A stretch of DNA of 63,893 nucleotides, filler included, from Globobulimina sp. (GCA_003354225.1; 31 parts of 31 records of this genome joined end to end with filler, not necessarily neighbours in it); one strand, 5' to 3'; positions 12,397 to 24,789 are shown, numbered from the whole stretch's first letter. Notes: generated by a model from the letters alone, not told the origin. Numbers and translations are program-made.

Positions 12397-14142
12397 AAGT
12401 TTTGAATTGAATCAAGGGTTCCAAATCAATTGTCATTTCAATATCGTGAGCATTGAAACTTAGATTTTCTTTGATCCATTGAATATATTTACTTGGAGTT
12501 TTTATCCATTTGAAATTGGAACCATAATGTGTATAATCGAGAGATTCAGATTCAGATTCAGATTCTTTTCCAATTTTGATTATATAAAACAAAGACATTT
12601 GATTCTCCTTTGTTTCATGACAAGAATGAAATGTTGATCCACAATATGCAACACCTTCTCCTGATTTTAATGATATTTGACATTTACGAAAATATTGCCA
12701 TTCTTCAATTTGCTTCATACCTTTCCTCAAATCATCAACTTGGTTTAATGGCACATGTGATGACATATAAAAAACGTCTGCGCGAAATGGATCATTCATT
12801 GGATAACGCACTATTACATATCGAGAATAATCACATTTATCATCTGTGTGGAATAAATAAATATGATCATAATACACGAATATGATCACAATATATGGTC
12901 ATATAATATGATCATAATACACGAATATGATCACAATATATGGTCATATAATATGATCATAATACATGAATATGATCACAATATATGGTCATACGCTTAA
13001 ATGGTACACATTCATAATCAGTGTCAGGTTCTCTATGATCACTGCCTTTTAATAGGAGTACAACACCTGAGTCTACACAACTGACATTAGCTTCTCCGTA
13101 TACTGAACAGCATTCTTTGTAAATTCTTTGATCATATATTTTGAATGACATATACTTAATCCTCGAATCATTAATGAAGGGTTTGAAATGTATGATCACA
13201 TTGCGATCTGTTGTATTGCATGCTTCATCATCATCACCATCCATATGTTCCACATTTGTTCTATAAATATGAGATGCAAACTCTTGCCCAAAATCGACAT
13301 ATAATGATTTAAACAAAGGTGTATCTGTTGGTGCTTTAATATATGTGAATCCTAGACTGTGGATATGCCACAGCAATGGATTTTCTTTTGATGTGATCAC
13401 AACATTCCATCTATTTCTGCCATTTGTTATATAGAGATACCTTACAGCTTTACGAAATACTTTATAAAACGTTTCTCCATCTAATGTGTCTGTCTTAACA
13501 TTTCTGAAAAAAATCTGAGATAACATAAAGAATTTGGAATCAATACCATCTCTTTGATATTCATTTATATCTACAGGATAACTAAAAATATTGAATAAAT
13601 TATCATCATCGCAATTTAAATTAGTACGTTGTATATGATTGACTAAATCAACCTTTGCGAACCAGTCTCCAACCTCTGTCCAATTACGAATAAACCTGAT
13701 AAATCTCTCCTGTCCAGATTCATTTGCGATCCAATGTGTGAATTGGATATCTGCTTCTTGTTCATTTGATAGATCTATTCTCATGTATGTATGTATGTAT
13801 GTATGTATGTATGTATGTATACCAAGCATTTCTGTATCTGAGTCTTCTTCCTTTACTTCTTGTTTCGATTTAATTCTTTTGATAATTTCTTTGGGTATAT
13901 TTTTATATTTAAATATGGCAATGTCATCTAAAATCTCTATTGCTTTATCGAATGGAATTAATCTTAATGATTTCATTAAACGTTTATTCATTCTTCTTTT
14001 ACCAACACAACGTACAAAATTTTCCATTGCAACTAAAATAGGATCAGATTTAGTAAAATTCGCAGAGTCTAATAATAGATCTTTTTGTTGTGCTCTTTTA
14101 TATAAAGCGGGGAATCTATTCCGTAATTTTACTTCAATTTCC
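12397..14142 (-). CDS. Spliced hypothetical protein (introns 13775..13822 and 12844..12994); C-terminal part possibly a 2OG-Fe(II)/PhyH-like beta-helix domain
   Basis: Phase-compatible GT-AG junctions join ORFs 12957..14027 and 12341..12889; LKSGEGVAYCGSTFHS resembles the distal His strand. Confidence 0.6.
12860..12993. repeat. 45-bp tandem repeat x3 filling an intron
   Basis: Unit AATATGATCATAATACACGAATATGATCACAATATATGGTCATAT at 12860, 12905, 12950. Confidence 0.92.
13783..13820. repeat. (ATGT)n microsatellite in a 48-nt intron
   Basis: Direct reading; explains the IHTYIHTY stretch in the ORF track. Confidence 0.92.
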
Positions 14143-14636
14143 CTACAGTATAGATATAGATATGATCAAAATTGATATGATCATACTGCATCTACAGGAG
14201 TTGATCATATACCGAAATGATCAAAAGATATATGATCACACTGCATGTAGAGTCCCGGAGTGATCATATCTTGATATGATAAAAACTATATATATATCTA
14301 TATCCAGATATGATCAAAATTGATATGATCACACTGCATCAAAACAAGATATGATATAAAGGNNNNNNNNNNNNNNNNNNNNNNNNNNNNNNNNNNNNNN
14401 NNNNNNTTAATTAATTAANNNNNNNNNNNNNNNNNNNNNNNNNNNNNNNNNNNNNNNNNNNNTTTGCATTTCGCTTCTCATATATTCTTCGGATTTGTGC
14501 GGAGTCTAACAAAACAATTGGTAGATATCATAGCAATTTCCGTGCATGGCATATAATAATAATCCAGATTCCAGAACCATTTCGTTATTCTGTTAAGTAA
14601 AGTAAACCGTAAGTTTCACATTTATTTTTACTAAAC

Positions 14637-16428
14637 ATGGCACTTTGGACATGCTTCCTTTCATTATTGTTGCTGTTGACTACAGCAACACGCGCAGAAT
14701 TAATCCAACATATAGCAGCTGCAGAACTTGTTGACAGTGGTCACGCAATCCCTCACGATCGTTGTTCTGGAGATTTCTTCCACCACAATGAATCTTACAC
14801 GGAAGACGATGATGAAACACATAAACAATATCAATTCAATGCTAGCGATGCTTATTTTTTTCTATCATGGACCACATTAAATGATGACAAACACTCTGAA
14901 ATCGTAGGAAATATATATAATGTCCGAAATCCATACTTACCAATCGGTGATTTGAATAATTCATTTCTACCAATCCTCAGTCACAACAACGCCCAAAGTT
15001 ATAACCAAAATTATCATTATATATCAACATCAGATTTCCAATCCAAACCAAACGACATTGTCTTCTCATTTTACAATGAAAATTCCATTCAAATTCGTGT
15101 GTTTGGAGCCACCAAATCACATTTTAATCGCGATTCATTTCTATGGAGCCCACAAATACCAATCATGGGGAAAAAAATTAATGACTCGCAATACGACATC
15201 ATTCACCAAAATATCCAATGCATTGACGGAAATACTACAGAATTTATCATATTTGTATATGAGTCAAAATATTGGATAAATAATACAGAATATACCAACA
15301 TTTACAAAAGTAGTTTTAATAATAAATATGTCGTATCAAATGATAAGAAGCCCATTAACAACATTCAAGGCTCTATTTCCTATCCATTAGTGTATCAATC
15401 ATCGCTCTCTCAAAATGTAATCATTGCATACATTGCAAATCACGTATCCATTGCATACAAATTTTATTCCATCGCCGGAAACGATAAATTGGTACAATTT
15501 GGCAACGAATCCGTGATCGTTTCTGTAGCAACACCGAAAACAATAAAATATTATAATATTATACCATTATCAGTCGGTGGATATATGTTAATGTATACAA
15601 GTAATTACAATGCAATTTATATACTGTTAATGGGTGAAAATGGTGATAAATTATTCGCGGATACGTTCATCGGCTACGAGTCAAATAATACAGACTCGCA
15701 CGGCCAAATTATTGAATTGAGTCAAATATCAGACACAGAAACATATGTCTTTATAACTTTTGATATATTCGAAGGGAACAGGCACAAATTAGTGGGTGTC
15801 GTGTATCATATTAATATCAATACAGATACATTTATGCATGTCATTGGAGGCGATATGATTGAATTGAATTCATTTCCTGACATTGATATTGATGAAGATG
15901 CGGTACATCCAAATTTTATCTGTGCCAATTATGATATCAAAAGTAAGATGATTGTGGTTGGATGGATTAGTAATTATCATCAGTTTGTATACAAACCATT
16001 TTATTTTCATTTACCAGTAAATGACGAGATATTAAGCACTGAAACATCTGAAGAAGAAGAAGAGGAAATATTTAGCAGTACAATGCTGCGTTGGACAGCA
16101 ACACCGAATGTGTCATTGGGCGGTGATGCAGAAAGGAATGAATTATTAAAAGACGGCGAGTTGTCTAATGATATGGAGATTGTTGTTATTGTTTTATGTG
16201 TTTCTGGTTTTTATTGTTTGTTAATTGTTGGAGTAACGTTTGGTATTATTTATATGGTAAACACTGGAAAATTAAGGTTTGCGATCGGATATAAACATAT
16301 CCATAAACAAAACAATAAGAAAAATAAAAATGGATTTGATGAAGAATCGGATGATGATGGAGAAGATTTGGAATTAGGCGATGATGACAAAGGTGGTATG
16401 TTTGAGGATGATGAGCAAACTCCAGATG
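14637..16428 (+). CDS. Type I membrane protein: signal peptide, beta-rich ectodomain, one TM, acidic tail; 3'-truncated
   Basis: MALWTCFLSLLLLLTTATRA signal; IVVIVLCVSGFYCLLIVGVTFGIIYMV TM. Confidence 0.8.
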
Positions 16429-16863
16429 NNNNNNNNNNNNNNNNNNNNNNNNNNNNNNNNNNNNNNNNNNNNTTAATTAATTAANNNNNNNNNNNNNNNN
16501 NNNNNNNNNNNNNNNNNNNNNNNNNNNNAATGAATAACTCAAAGTCTTCCAATAAAAATGCAGGTGCAGCTTTACAAAATGAGTTTGATAATACACAGTT
16601 TTTTAAAGACAACTTTGGATTCGTTCTTAACGATGAAATGTTTGATGTTGGACGAGACTGGAGATTAGGCGGTGATTTTAATCTCAATATAATTTTTCAG
16701 AATGCTGAAACAAAAGATGATAATTCAACAATATGAAAAACGGAAACTTATAATTATAAATTAAATTTATTTAATAGCTATAGACTTTTATTAAACTTAC
16801 TTTGATTGCTTGATTGCACAATATTATATTTAATATTTTTTTAATTAGAGTTAGATGCATTTG

Positions 16864-17715
16864 TTATAAAGGAACAAAGCCAACGATAATTGATATTAGA
16901 TCTGTAGGGAGACATTTGCAGGTTTTTATACAGTTTTGCAGCTCAAGTTCTCTCTTGACATACGTCGTTTGCATAATGTTCAATACTTCTGAAATTACAT
17001 TAGCTTTTGAAGCAAAAAAAGAGGCGGGTACGCGACCAGCTGTTGCATGTGCCAAACGACTGTATTCTTCTTTTAATTGTCCACAATGTCCGACCATATC
17101 AAATCTTACTTTTTCTTCGAATTTATGACGGCTGCAATACAACGAATCATTGTCAGATTGCTCAGATTCATCATCTGTGTCGTCTGTTATTTGTATATTA
17201 GAGAGAGAAGATGACATTCGTTCATCGGTATATTGAGGATCATAATGATGGTCGAATGTGCAGCTACAATGTTTACATCTAAATGGTTGCGTAATTAAAG
17301 CGCCATTATCTAATAAACATTGAACTAAACGAGGCTCTTTCAGGGCACATGAAAATACTAATGGGCTATTTCCAAATTTATTTGTATCGTTTATATATAT
17401 GCCATGTCCTAATTTAATGAGTTCTGCGACAAGATACAATCGCAAATTTGTACATTCCTCGAAATATTGTGACCAGTGTATATGTTCAGATTTGGGATAT
17501 TTAAATTCAAGATATGGCAATAAAACATCGGACCCTTCGATTGCCAATGATATTGATGATGTTTTGGATCTATTTTTATTTGGATCTTCCCATACTTCTA
17601 ATAATTTTTTCAAACACGACTTTCTTATGTCATCTTCAGTGGGTGATAATATATTAAATTTGTATGTTTTTCTAAATATTGTAATTTGGAGTGGTTTCTT
17701 TAAATAGTCACGCAT
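16864..17715 (-). CDS. Ankyrin-repeat-containing protein with C-terminal F-box-like motif
   Basis: INDTNKFGNSPLVFSC...LVQCLLDNGA; ends in LPTDLISIIVGFV. Confidence 0.6.
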   Translation of the reverse strand: MRDYLKKPLQITIFRKTYKFNILSPTEDDIRKSCLKKLLEVWEDPNKNRSKTSSISLAIEGSDVLLPYLEFKYPKSEHIHWSQYFEECTNLRLYLVAELIKLGHGIYINDTNKFGNSPLVFSCALKEPRLVQCLLDNGALITQPFRCKHCSCTFDHHYDPQYTDERMSSSLSNIQITDDTDDESEQSDNDSLYCSRHKFEEKVRFDMVGHCGQLKEEYSRLAHATAGRVPASFFASKANVISEVLNIMQTTYVKRELELQNCIKTCKCLPTDLISIIVGFVPL

Positions 17716-18255
17716 TTCTTGCAGTGTTTGTTGTAATGAAGAATATTATTATGAGCGCAATCATGAGTTAATCTCATAATATAAGGGCTGTGAGATGGAT
17801 TAAGCCATTAGGGGATGTTGGTAAATTACGTATTTACAATTTGGCAATGTCCAAAGGAATTTGGAAGGATATGGAAGGATATGATATATCTCAGAAGTAT
17901 GGTGTGCAATTTGCTATTTTTAATATTGGTGACTGTGATGAATGTGGAGATTGCGTTGATATACAAATTCATCCATTACTTAATCACGCAATCATTCACT
18001 GCGTCATACCATTTAAATAAATTCTGTATATAATGATCCAATTAACTTTGCAGATTTTGATAATAATCGGATAACAAATAAAAATAAATCCGATAAAGTA
18101 GCAACATGATATTTAGATAATTGTATCGGTGTTAATTAATAACTGTGTATTTTCAATTGGTTTTTCGCAAACCCAATGCAAACTTTATATTTATCGATAT
18201 GTATCAAAACTAATCGTTAAAGATTTTTTAGCTGCAAATACCAGCAACTCAAAAA

Positions 18256-18494
18256 ATGTCGCGACCGAAAATGTCGAGATCAGCAACTCACGCAAGTACA
18301 TTCCAGGTTGGACAGCAGGTGAAAGCCCGAGATCCCTCCGTTAAAGATCCAGATGCATTTTATGCAGCTACCATTAAAGTTGTTCAATGGGTTAAAGTTG
18401 TCAAAGTGGGTTATAATGGATGGCCTAAACCTAAGTATGATCAATGGATATATGAACATGAGTTTGCTGATTATATCAAAATTGAAGCAGCGTC
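18256..18494 (+). CDS. Tudor-knot/chromo-barrel domain protein, N-terminal fragment
   Basis: FQVGQQVKA...FYAATI...VGYNGWPKPKYDQWI. Confidence 0.65.
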
Positions 18495-18594
18495 NNNNNN
18501 NNNNNNNNNNNNNNNNNNNNNNNNNNNNNNNNNNNNNNTTAATTAATTAANNNNNNNNNNNNNNNNNNNNNNNNNNNNNNNNNNNNNNNNNNNN

Positions 18595-19101
18595 CCCCTA
18601 CGATGAATATGGAAGCCATGAACGAAAACTAAACGCTGTATTTGTTTCATTTTCACCATCAACAATATCTTGGCCCAAATCATATTCTTCGTTGTTTATA
18701 GATAAAAATGAAGCATTATAATGAGATAAAACACAGTTTGGAATGTTGTCAACAATTGAATCATATCCAAATTCTTCCATAATTTCTGCAAATAATGATC
18801 CAATTTCAAATGTTTGTTGCATTCCAGCGACATGTGGCTTTGATGCAAATTGACGAGAAAATGAATAACAACTATCATTGGATGGAATCTCTAAGAATTT
18901 AGATTCGTAATATTCATTGGATTCTCTTTTATATTCATCATCATCATCGCCCAATGTTAAAATTACAACAAATATGATGATTGCGGTCAACACTAATAAT
19001 GCGATGGAAACATAAATAATCACTTTCTTTGTGGAAATTGAACTTTCCTTTTTTGTTTGCTTGGATTCAATCAGCAAAGCGCTCGTTTCTTTGTCTGCCA
19101 T
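18595..19101 (-). CDS. Glutamate carboxypeptidase II / transferrin-receptor family (M28B), N-terminal fragment
   Basis: Type II TM anchor then FLEIPS...SKPHVAG. Confidence 0.7.
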
Positions 19102-19419
19102 TAAATTATACTGTTTAATTTTGTAAAAGTTTTTTTCAACGAAACAAAGCAATAAAGATGAACTTGATTATTGATGGTTATATTAGAATGATGCAATACG
19201 AAGGAGATTGGTACTTTTCGTGAAAGTATGATGAGAAGAGGTCATTTGTTGCGAATATGCATACATAGCACTTTGAGAAAAAGTAGCCATCTCCTTTAAA
19301 TTGAGAATATCAATCTTATAATGTGTTACTATAATAGCGTTTGTTTCGGAGTTATTCATTGAAACAACTGCAAACTAATGAAAACTGTTCAAAATCCGCT
19401 GACCTCTGACACCAAAAGC

Positions 19420-20559
19420 ATGAAGAGTTTCTTTTGTTGTTTGTTATTTGAATGTATCATTCTCGCATCATCTATAAATGTATCATCTGTCCCACTCCCA
19501 CCTGAATTGTTGTGTGTGACAGCAACTTATTTAGATGACCGGAGTTATTGTTGTTTATCATCTGTATCATGGAATATGCATAACGCAATATCGCATGAAA
19601 CGACATCTCGAATGTTGGATGAAATCACATTGTTGGTCAAACGCAGTTTCTGTATGCAATTATCAAGAGCATCAGAACAAATTCCAACACTTTTGATGGC
19701 CATTGACGCCATTCATGAATTTAAAGGATTTGCAAAATGGAACATGGAACACGTTGATTATGGAATTATTATTGCCTGGTTATCAGATTTGGTGCACACA
19801 GATGATTTGTTAAAAAAAACATATTGGAAACCACAATGGGAAACATATTTTTTTAAGCAACAATTTTTTTTACATAATCAGCAAATATCGGAGAAATTAA
19901 ATGTTATTAAAAATGTATTATTAACACCATTGGAACGACACAAATTGCAACAGAGCTCATCTAAAATAGATAAAATGCTGAGTGTTTTGCAAGAATCTGG
20001 AAAGAATTCTTCTTCTCAGTTGTCACAGATATTAACTTTTCATACAGATATTGCAAATATGCTGCAACATGCAATGCACTCAATTTATTATGATTATGCA
20101 AATACACACAACATCACAAGAGATGAAAATGTCATTTTGGATGCATTTCGAGATTATTTGCTTCAAACTTGGCATAATGTGTTACATGCAATGTATCGCC
20201 AATTCCACCACGTTATGTGGGGAGAAACAGATGTTTTGCTGTTTCAAGATACTTATTGTTGGCAAAGCTTTTGGGAAATATTTCAGAGTGAACAGCTCAA
20301 TGAAAACTATTTAATAATCGCCACAAAATTAAAAATAAATGAAATGAAAATGGCAATTTTAGAAAATGAAGAAATTATGTTTTCCATAAAAAGTTTTATT
20401 CAGAAAGTTGATCAATTCATTTTGTCTCATTCTCAAAATATTGCCGAAATTATGAATTTTCAAACAAATAGCAAAGATCTTCATTATTCCGTTGAAGATA
20501 TTATGGCGAATATTGACAATTTCGTAAATATGACATATCGATTTCGTAAAATTGGTGTC
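19420..20559 (+). CDS. Helical protein with putative signal peptide followed by an F-box-like motif; 3'-truncated
   Basis: MKSFFCCLLFECIILASS then LPPELLCVTATYLDDRSYCCLSSVSWNM. Confidence 0.6.
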
Positions 20560-20659
20560 NNNNNNNNNNNNNNNNNNNNNNNNNNNNNNNNNNNNNNNNN
20601 NNNTTAATTAATTAANNNNNNNNNNNNNNNNNNNNNNNNNNNNNNNNNNNNNNNNNNNN

Positions 20660-20856
20660 TTTATTGTAATTGCAATATATTCCAATATTTCTTGTGGCCG
20701 CAATGCCTTATTTGGCTCACACAAACAATTTACTATAAATTGATAATCAGTCAATGCTTTGGATTCATCATTATCACTTTCATCATCTTTGTTTGTTCTT
20801 AATTTAAGTCGGGGATTGTTCTGTATTCCACCACTCTTTTTTTTACCAGCTTTCAT
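20660..20856 (-). CDS. N-terminal fragment of a basic, possibly winged-helix protein
   Basis: Lys-rich start then YQFIVNCLCEPNKALRPQEILEYI; open to contig end. Confidence 0.4.
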
Positions 20857-21290
20857 GCTCACGTCGACTGTGTCACTGTGTTGTTTTTTTAGTTGAAGAT
20901 TCAGCGATTTTCACTAAAACAAAACTGAAAACTTTACCTCTCATCATTCTGCAACGAACGCGTCGCAAACACCCTTGTTGAAGCCTCAAACACGTAAACA
21001 ATACTCTCTCCTCATTGTAAACCTCAAACACAGTCTTGCCACGACCCAATACGTCAATGAATGGGTTTGTTAACAAGTCTCTCTACCGCTGAATCGCAAA
21101 AAAAATATAAAAAAAATCAATAAAAATAAACACAACACAGTGAGTACGGTAATCAGCCATATGACTACGCACCGCATTCAACAGTTCAGTCCTCACAATA
21201 GTCACAGCCACACAGTCACCGTTGTTTATTTTTGTTTTTTTTTAAATACCACACTCTCTTTTTTTCCTATTCCAAAAAAAAAAAAACCAA

Positions 21291-22572
21291 CCTCATGATG
21301 ATTACGGTGCCTTACTAAATGACCACTATTACTCTCAAGAAAACAATCCAAGCAATCCCCAAACAAACAATTCCAACCAACAAGACGTCGCCAAAAAATT
21401 CCTATTCTCCGTCGAAGATTTCTTGGACACAGTCCGTAAACTAAAAGATGATTACGACTCAAACAACGGTACGTATTAATCCTTGCACTCCATCAAAAAC
21501 ACACACACTCTCAAAATAAACAATAGGCACATTACATAACATCGGCGTCGAACCCCGCGACTTATTCAACGACATCAAATACCACTTAACCAAACAAAAC
21601 CGCATAGCCCCCGACTCCTTAAATAGATTGCTTGACGGCGTGAAAATGTTAAAAAAATTGAAAACGCGCTGCGCCTCCGCCTTCACGCCCTGGTCCTCTG
21701 TGGATAATCTGATCCAAACCGTGGACGCCACCACCAAGGCACACCCCGACTTTAATGGCATCATCGCCCAAAGAGAGCAAGAAGCAAAGCAGAGATTGGC
21801 GTTCCTTAAACGGCAACAGATGCAAAAACAACAAGTTCGCATTTATAATCCCCCAAAACAACGCTTTTTTTTATACATGTTTACATATTTTACATAGCAA
21901 TCGGGGCCCTATTACAGCCATAATGAGCATAACAACTATTATAACCCAGGCGCGCCCCAACGAAATGACTATAATTATAACAACCAATCGCATGGCTATG
22001 GCGGCCACCCGTCGCGTCCCAACGCCCCGCCCTATCACGGCGGCCATCCTCCGCAGTCACACGGCGGCCACGGCCATTATCGTGGCCCGCCGCCCCATGG
22101 TCATCTCCATGCACACCACGGTCACGGCCACGGTCAAGGTCACCCCTCGCAGCAGTCGCATGACCGCCGAACGGTGTACGTCTACGGCTTTCCCCGCAAA
22201 TGGGGGCCCACCGAATTGCGCTATTTATTCGACTGCATCGGCGAGATCGAGGACGTCGACGTCTTGAAACGCAAAGGCGACACCGCCTTCATCCACTACA
22301 TATACCCCGGCGATGCGCGCGAAGCCGTGGAGCAAATGAACAATTCGTGCCCCTTATATTGCAAACGCCCGATCAGCGTGGAAATGGCCGACAAATCGCG
22401 TCTGGGCGTCGGAATGAGCAAAAGTGTGATCTGCTGGCTGTACAATCAGCGCACGTGCCAGTTGGGGATGACCTGCAACCGGCAGCATGTGTGCTTGTTT
22501 TGCAACGGCGGGCATCCACGCAAACAATGCATCGAAGTGGACAAACATTTCCGTAACCTGCGCAGCGACTAA
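21291..22572 (+). CDS. RNA-binding protein: His/Gly-rich linker, RRM, CCCH plus CCHC-like zinc fingers (two introns; start uncertain)
   Basis: TVYVYGFP (RNP2), KGDTAFIHY (RNP1), CWLYNQRTCQLGMTCNRQH, CLFCNGGHPRKQC; GT-AG introns at about 21468-21526 and 21835-21897. Confidence 0.8.
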
Positions 22573-22726
22573 TCGGACCCGTACTAAGGCGGCGACGGCG
22601 CAGCCATTTCTTTCCGTTGCAACANNNNNNNNNNNNNNNNNNNNNNNNNNNNNNNNNNNNNNNNNNNNTTAATTAATTAANNNNNNNNNNNNNNNNNNNN
22701 NNNNNNNNNNNNNNNNNNNNNNNNAC

Positions 22727-23067
22727 AGCTTGGGTTTTTGAATCTTGATTTGTACAGAATCTATGGCTTGTTTTATTATTTTTGTCTGCGGCTCTAAATA
22801 TCCCATCTATTACTTACATTACAAATCACTGCTTGAGACACAACTACTAATTTATTGTGGTGAGCAATCAACTCAAAAAGTTGAAGTCCGATCACCACAA
22901 TGAAAATTAGCTCAATAGTTGTGACTGCAGTGCGTTGTGAGTGCAGTGTGAGTGGTAATAGATGGGACAGACACTTTGAAATGATATCCAAAAAATCAAA
23001 TATGAATAGTCTAAATAATCAAACAAGCCATAGATTCTGTACAAATAAAGATTTGCAAAGCCAAGCT
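22727..23067. mobile_element. About 340-bp fold-back (MITE-like) element
   Basis: 22741-22781 pairs with 23013-23053 at 39/41; nested inner arms; centre TCAACT-CAAAA-AGTTGA. Confidence 0.7.
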
Positions 23068-23304
23068 ATACTTATGGGAACTCACAAAGCTATTTAAAAA
23101 TGGCATATCCAATTATACATCGAAAAGAAATCTATAATAAAAACATTCTTTTTTGAAACTAAAGAGGAAGTGATCACCATCTTCCATGTTCCAGTTTTCA
23201 TATTTATTATGTATACAGAAAGAGTAAACTGTAGGAAATATTCTTGCACTCTTCTTATGTATGAATGGTATCAGTTAACTTAAATAGAAAAAAAGGGAAA
23301 AAAA

Positions 23305-24518
23305 TCACATCAAATATTTAAATATCACTTTTGAATCAAGAAAATAATATTCAGATTTCTGTAGAATATTCTTTTTAATCCATGAATAAATCTCATCAAA
23401 TACAGTTTCCTCATGTTTTGTTAACTTTGTGTGGAATAATACTTTATTTTGATTTGGTTGCTTTTGTCTTTGCATCAATAACTTTTCCTGTTCCTTCCTA
23501 TCAAATAAAAACGCAAAATATCTCAACTGATCAAACAATTTCCCCGCAGAATAAGTCTCCTTCATCTTGGCGGTGCACCCAATCCTCGGACAAACATTTC
23601 CATTATGCGGCAATTGTTGCGTTGTATGATTGCATTCAATGTCAATACAAACATATTCCCGGCCATAATATTGATAAATAAAATGCCAAACCTGTAACGA
23701 CAATGTATTCTTTATCTTATTCAAATCCATGGCTTTGCCGTCCTTCTCAGAGCACACAATCCCTTTACACCCCGTCGTCGGGCAAATCAACCCGCATTTT
23801 GCCTCAATACTTTTAAAATTGAAAACGCCGCAAAAGTCAAAGGTAACTCCGCAATGTCGACATTTTATTTTCAGCGGCTCGCAGATCTCACTGTATTTCT
23901 GCAACGGGTTCACAATTCGCAATATTTTGTCATCAATGTCCTCCTCACCCAATCCGCCATGCTCCCCGCCATTATTTGTCTTAATATGGTTAAATTTGTT
24001 GCTGTCCAAACCCAGCGCATGTGCTAATTGCCCAATATCTGTCTCTTGGATGGGCTCACAATATCTGCCCACGGGCGGCAATATTTGCTGCGCCAAATAC
24101 CAGTCCCGGTCGACCTGCAGCACCTTCTCCGCCTCGTTCTGCTGCATTGATGTCTCAATCTCTTTGATATGGTAAGCTCTCTGGGCAATGGCCTTATTAT
24201 TTCCTGCCGCAGCTCCATCCCTCACTTGCTTGCAGACAATATATTCGATAAACGATCCCGTATCGACAAACAAGCCCAATTTCTGCATTTGCATCGCCAC
24301 CAAAACATGCGGCAACTTGTTGGGATCCGTATAGTCTTTGGGCTGTCGAGTCAGCTTTTTCGTGATTTTAAACTTATTTAACTCGATTTTATTCTCGTCA
24401 AACAACGTTCGAGTATTGGTCAACAGCTCTTGTATCCCGATGATATCGTCGATTTGAGAATATTTGGCTTCCCACGACAATATAATGTCCAATCTCTCCG
24501 CACCAAATCCAAGCCTTT
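23305..24518 (-). CDS. POLA1: DNA polymerase alpha catalytic subunit, C-terminal part with Zn-finger domain; 5' end disrupted
   Basis: ITKKLTRQPKDYTD...LPHVLVA, AQRAY, WYLAQQILPPVGRYCEPI, ALGLD, two Cys4 clusters, LFDQLRYF; KGLDLVRRDW in another frame at 24489-24518. Confidence 0.92.
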
Positions 24519-24520
24519 GA

Positions 24521-24689
24521 ATAATTATTGATGGATGGTCGGCGAGTACAAAAGCAATGCTTTGTTTTATGAATGATTGCAGGAAATCATTGGAACTATC
24601 AAAGCCAACAAAAGAAGATAAAAAATATTTCAATGTAAAATTTATTACAGTACACTATAATGGATGGCCGAGAGTGTTTGGTGTTACAT
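24521..24689 (+). CDS. Fragment with Tudor-knot/chromo-barrel-like motif
   Basis: FITVHYNGWPR; frame open from 24521 to the contig end. Confidence 0.45.
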
Positions 24690-24789
24690 NNNNNNNNNNN
24701 NNNNNNNNNNNNNNNNNNNNNNNNNNNNNNNNNTTAATTAATTAANNNNNNNNNNNNNNNNNNNNNNNNNNNNNNNNNNNNNNNNNNNN

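Noticed and set aside
12841-12855. FHTD as an HxD metal motif in ORF 12341..12889
   Set aside because: It overlaps the predicted intron acceptor and is lost on splicing
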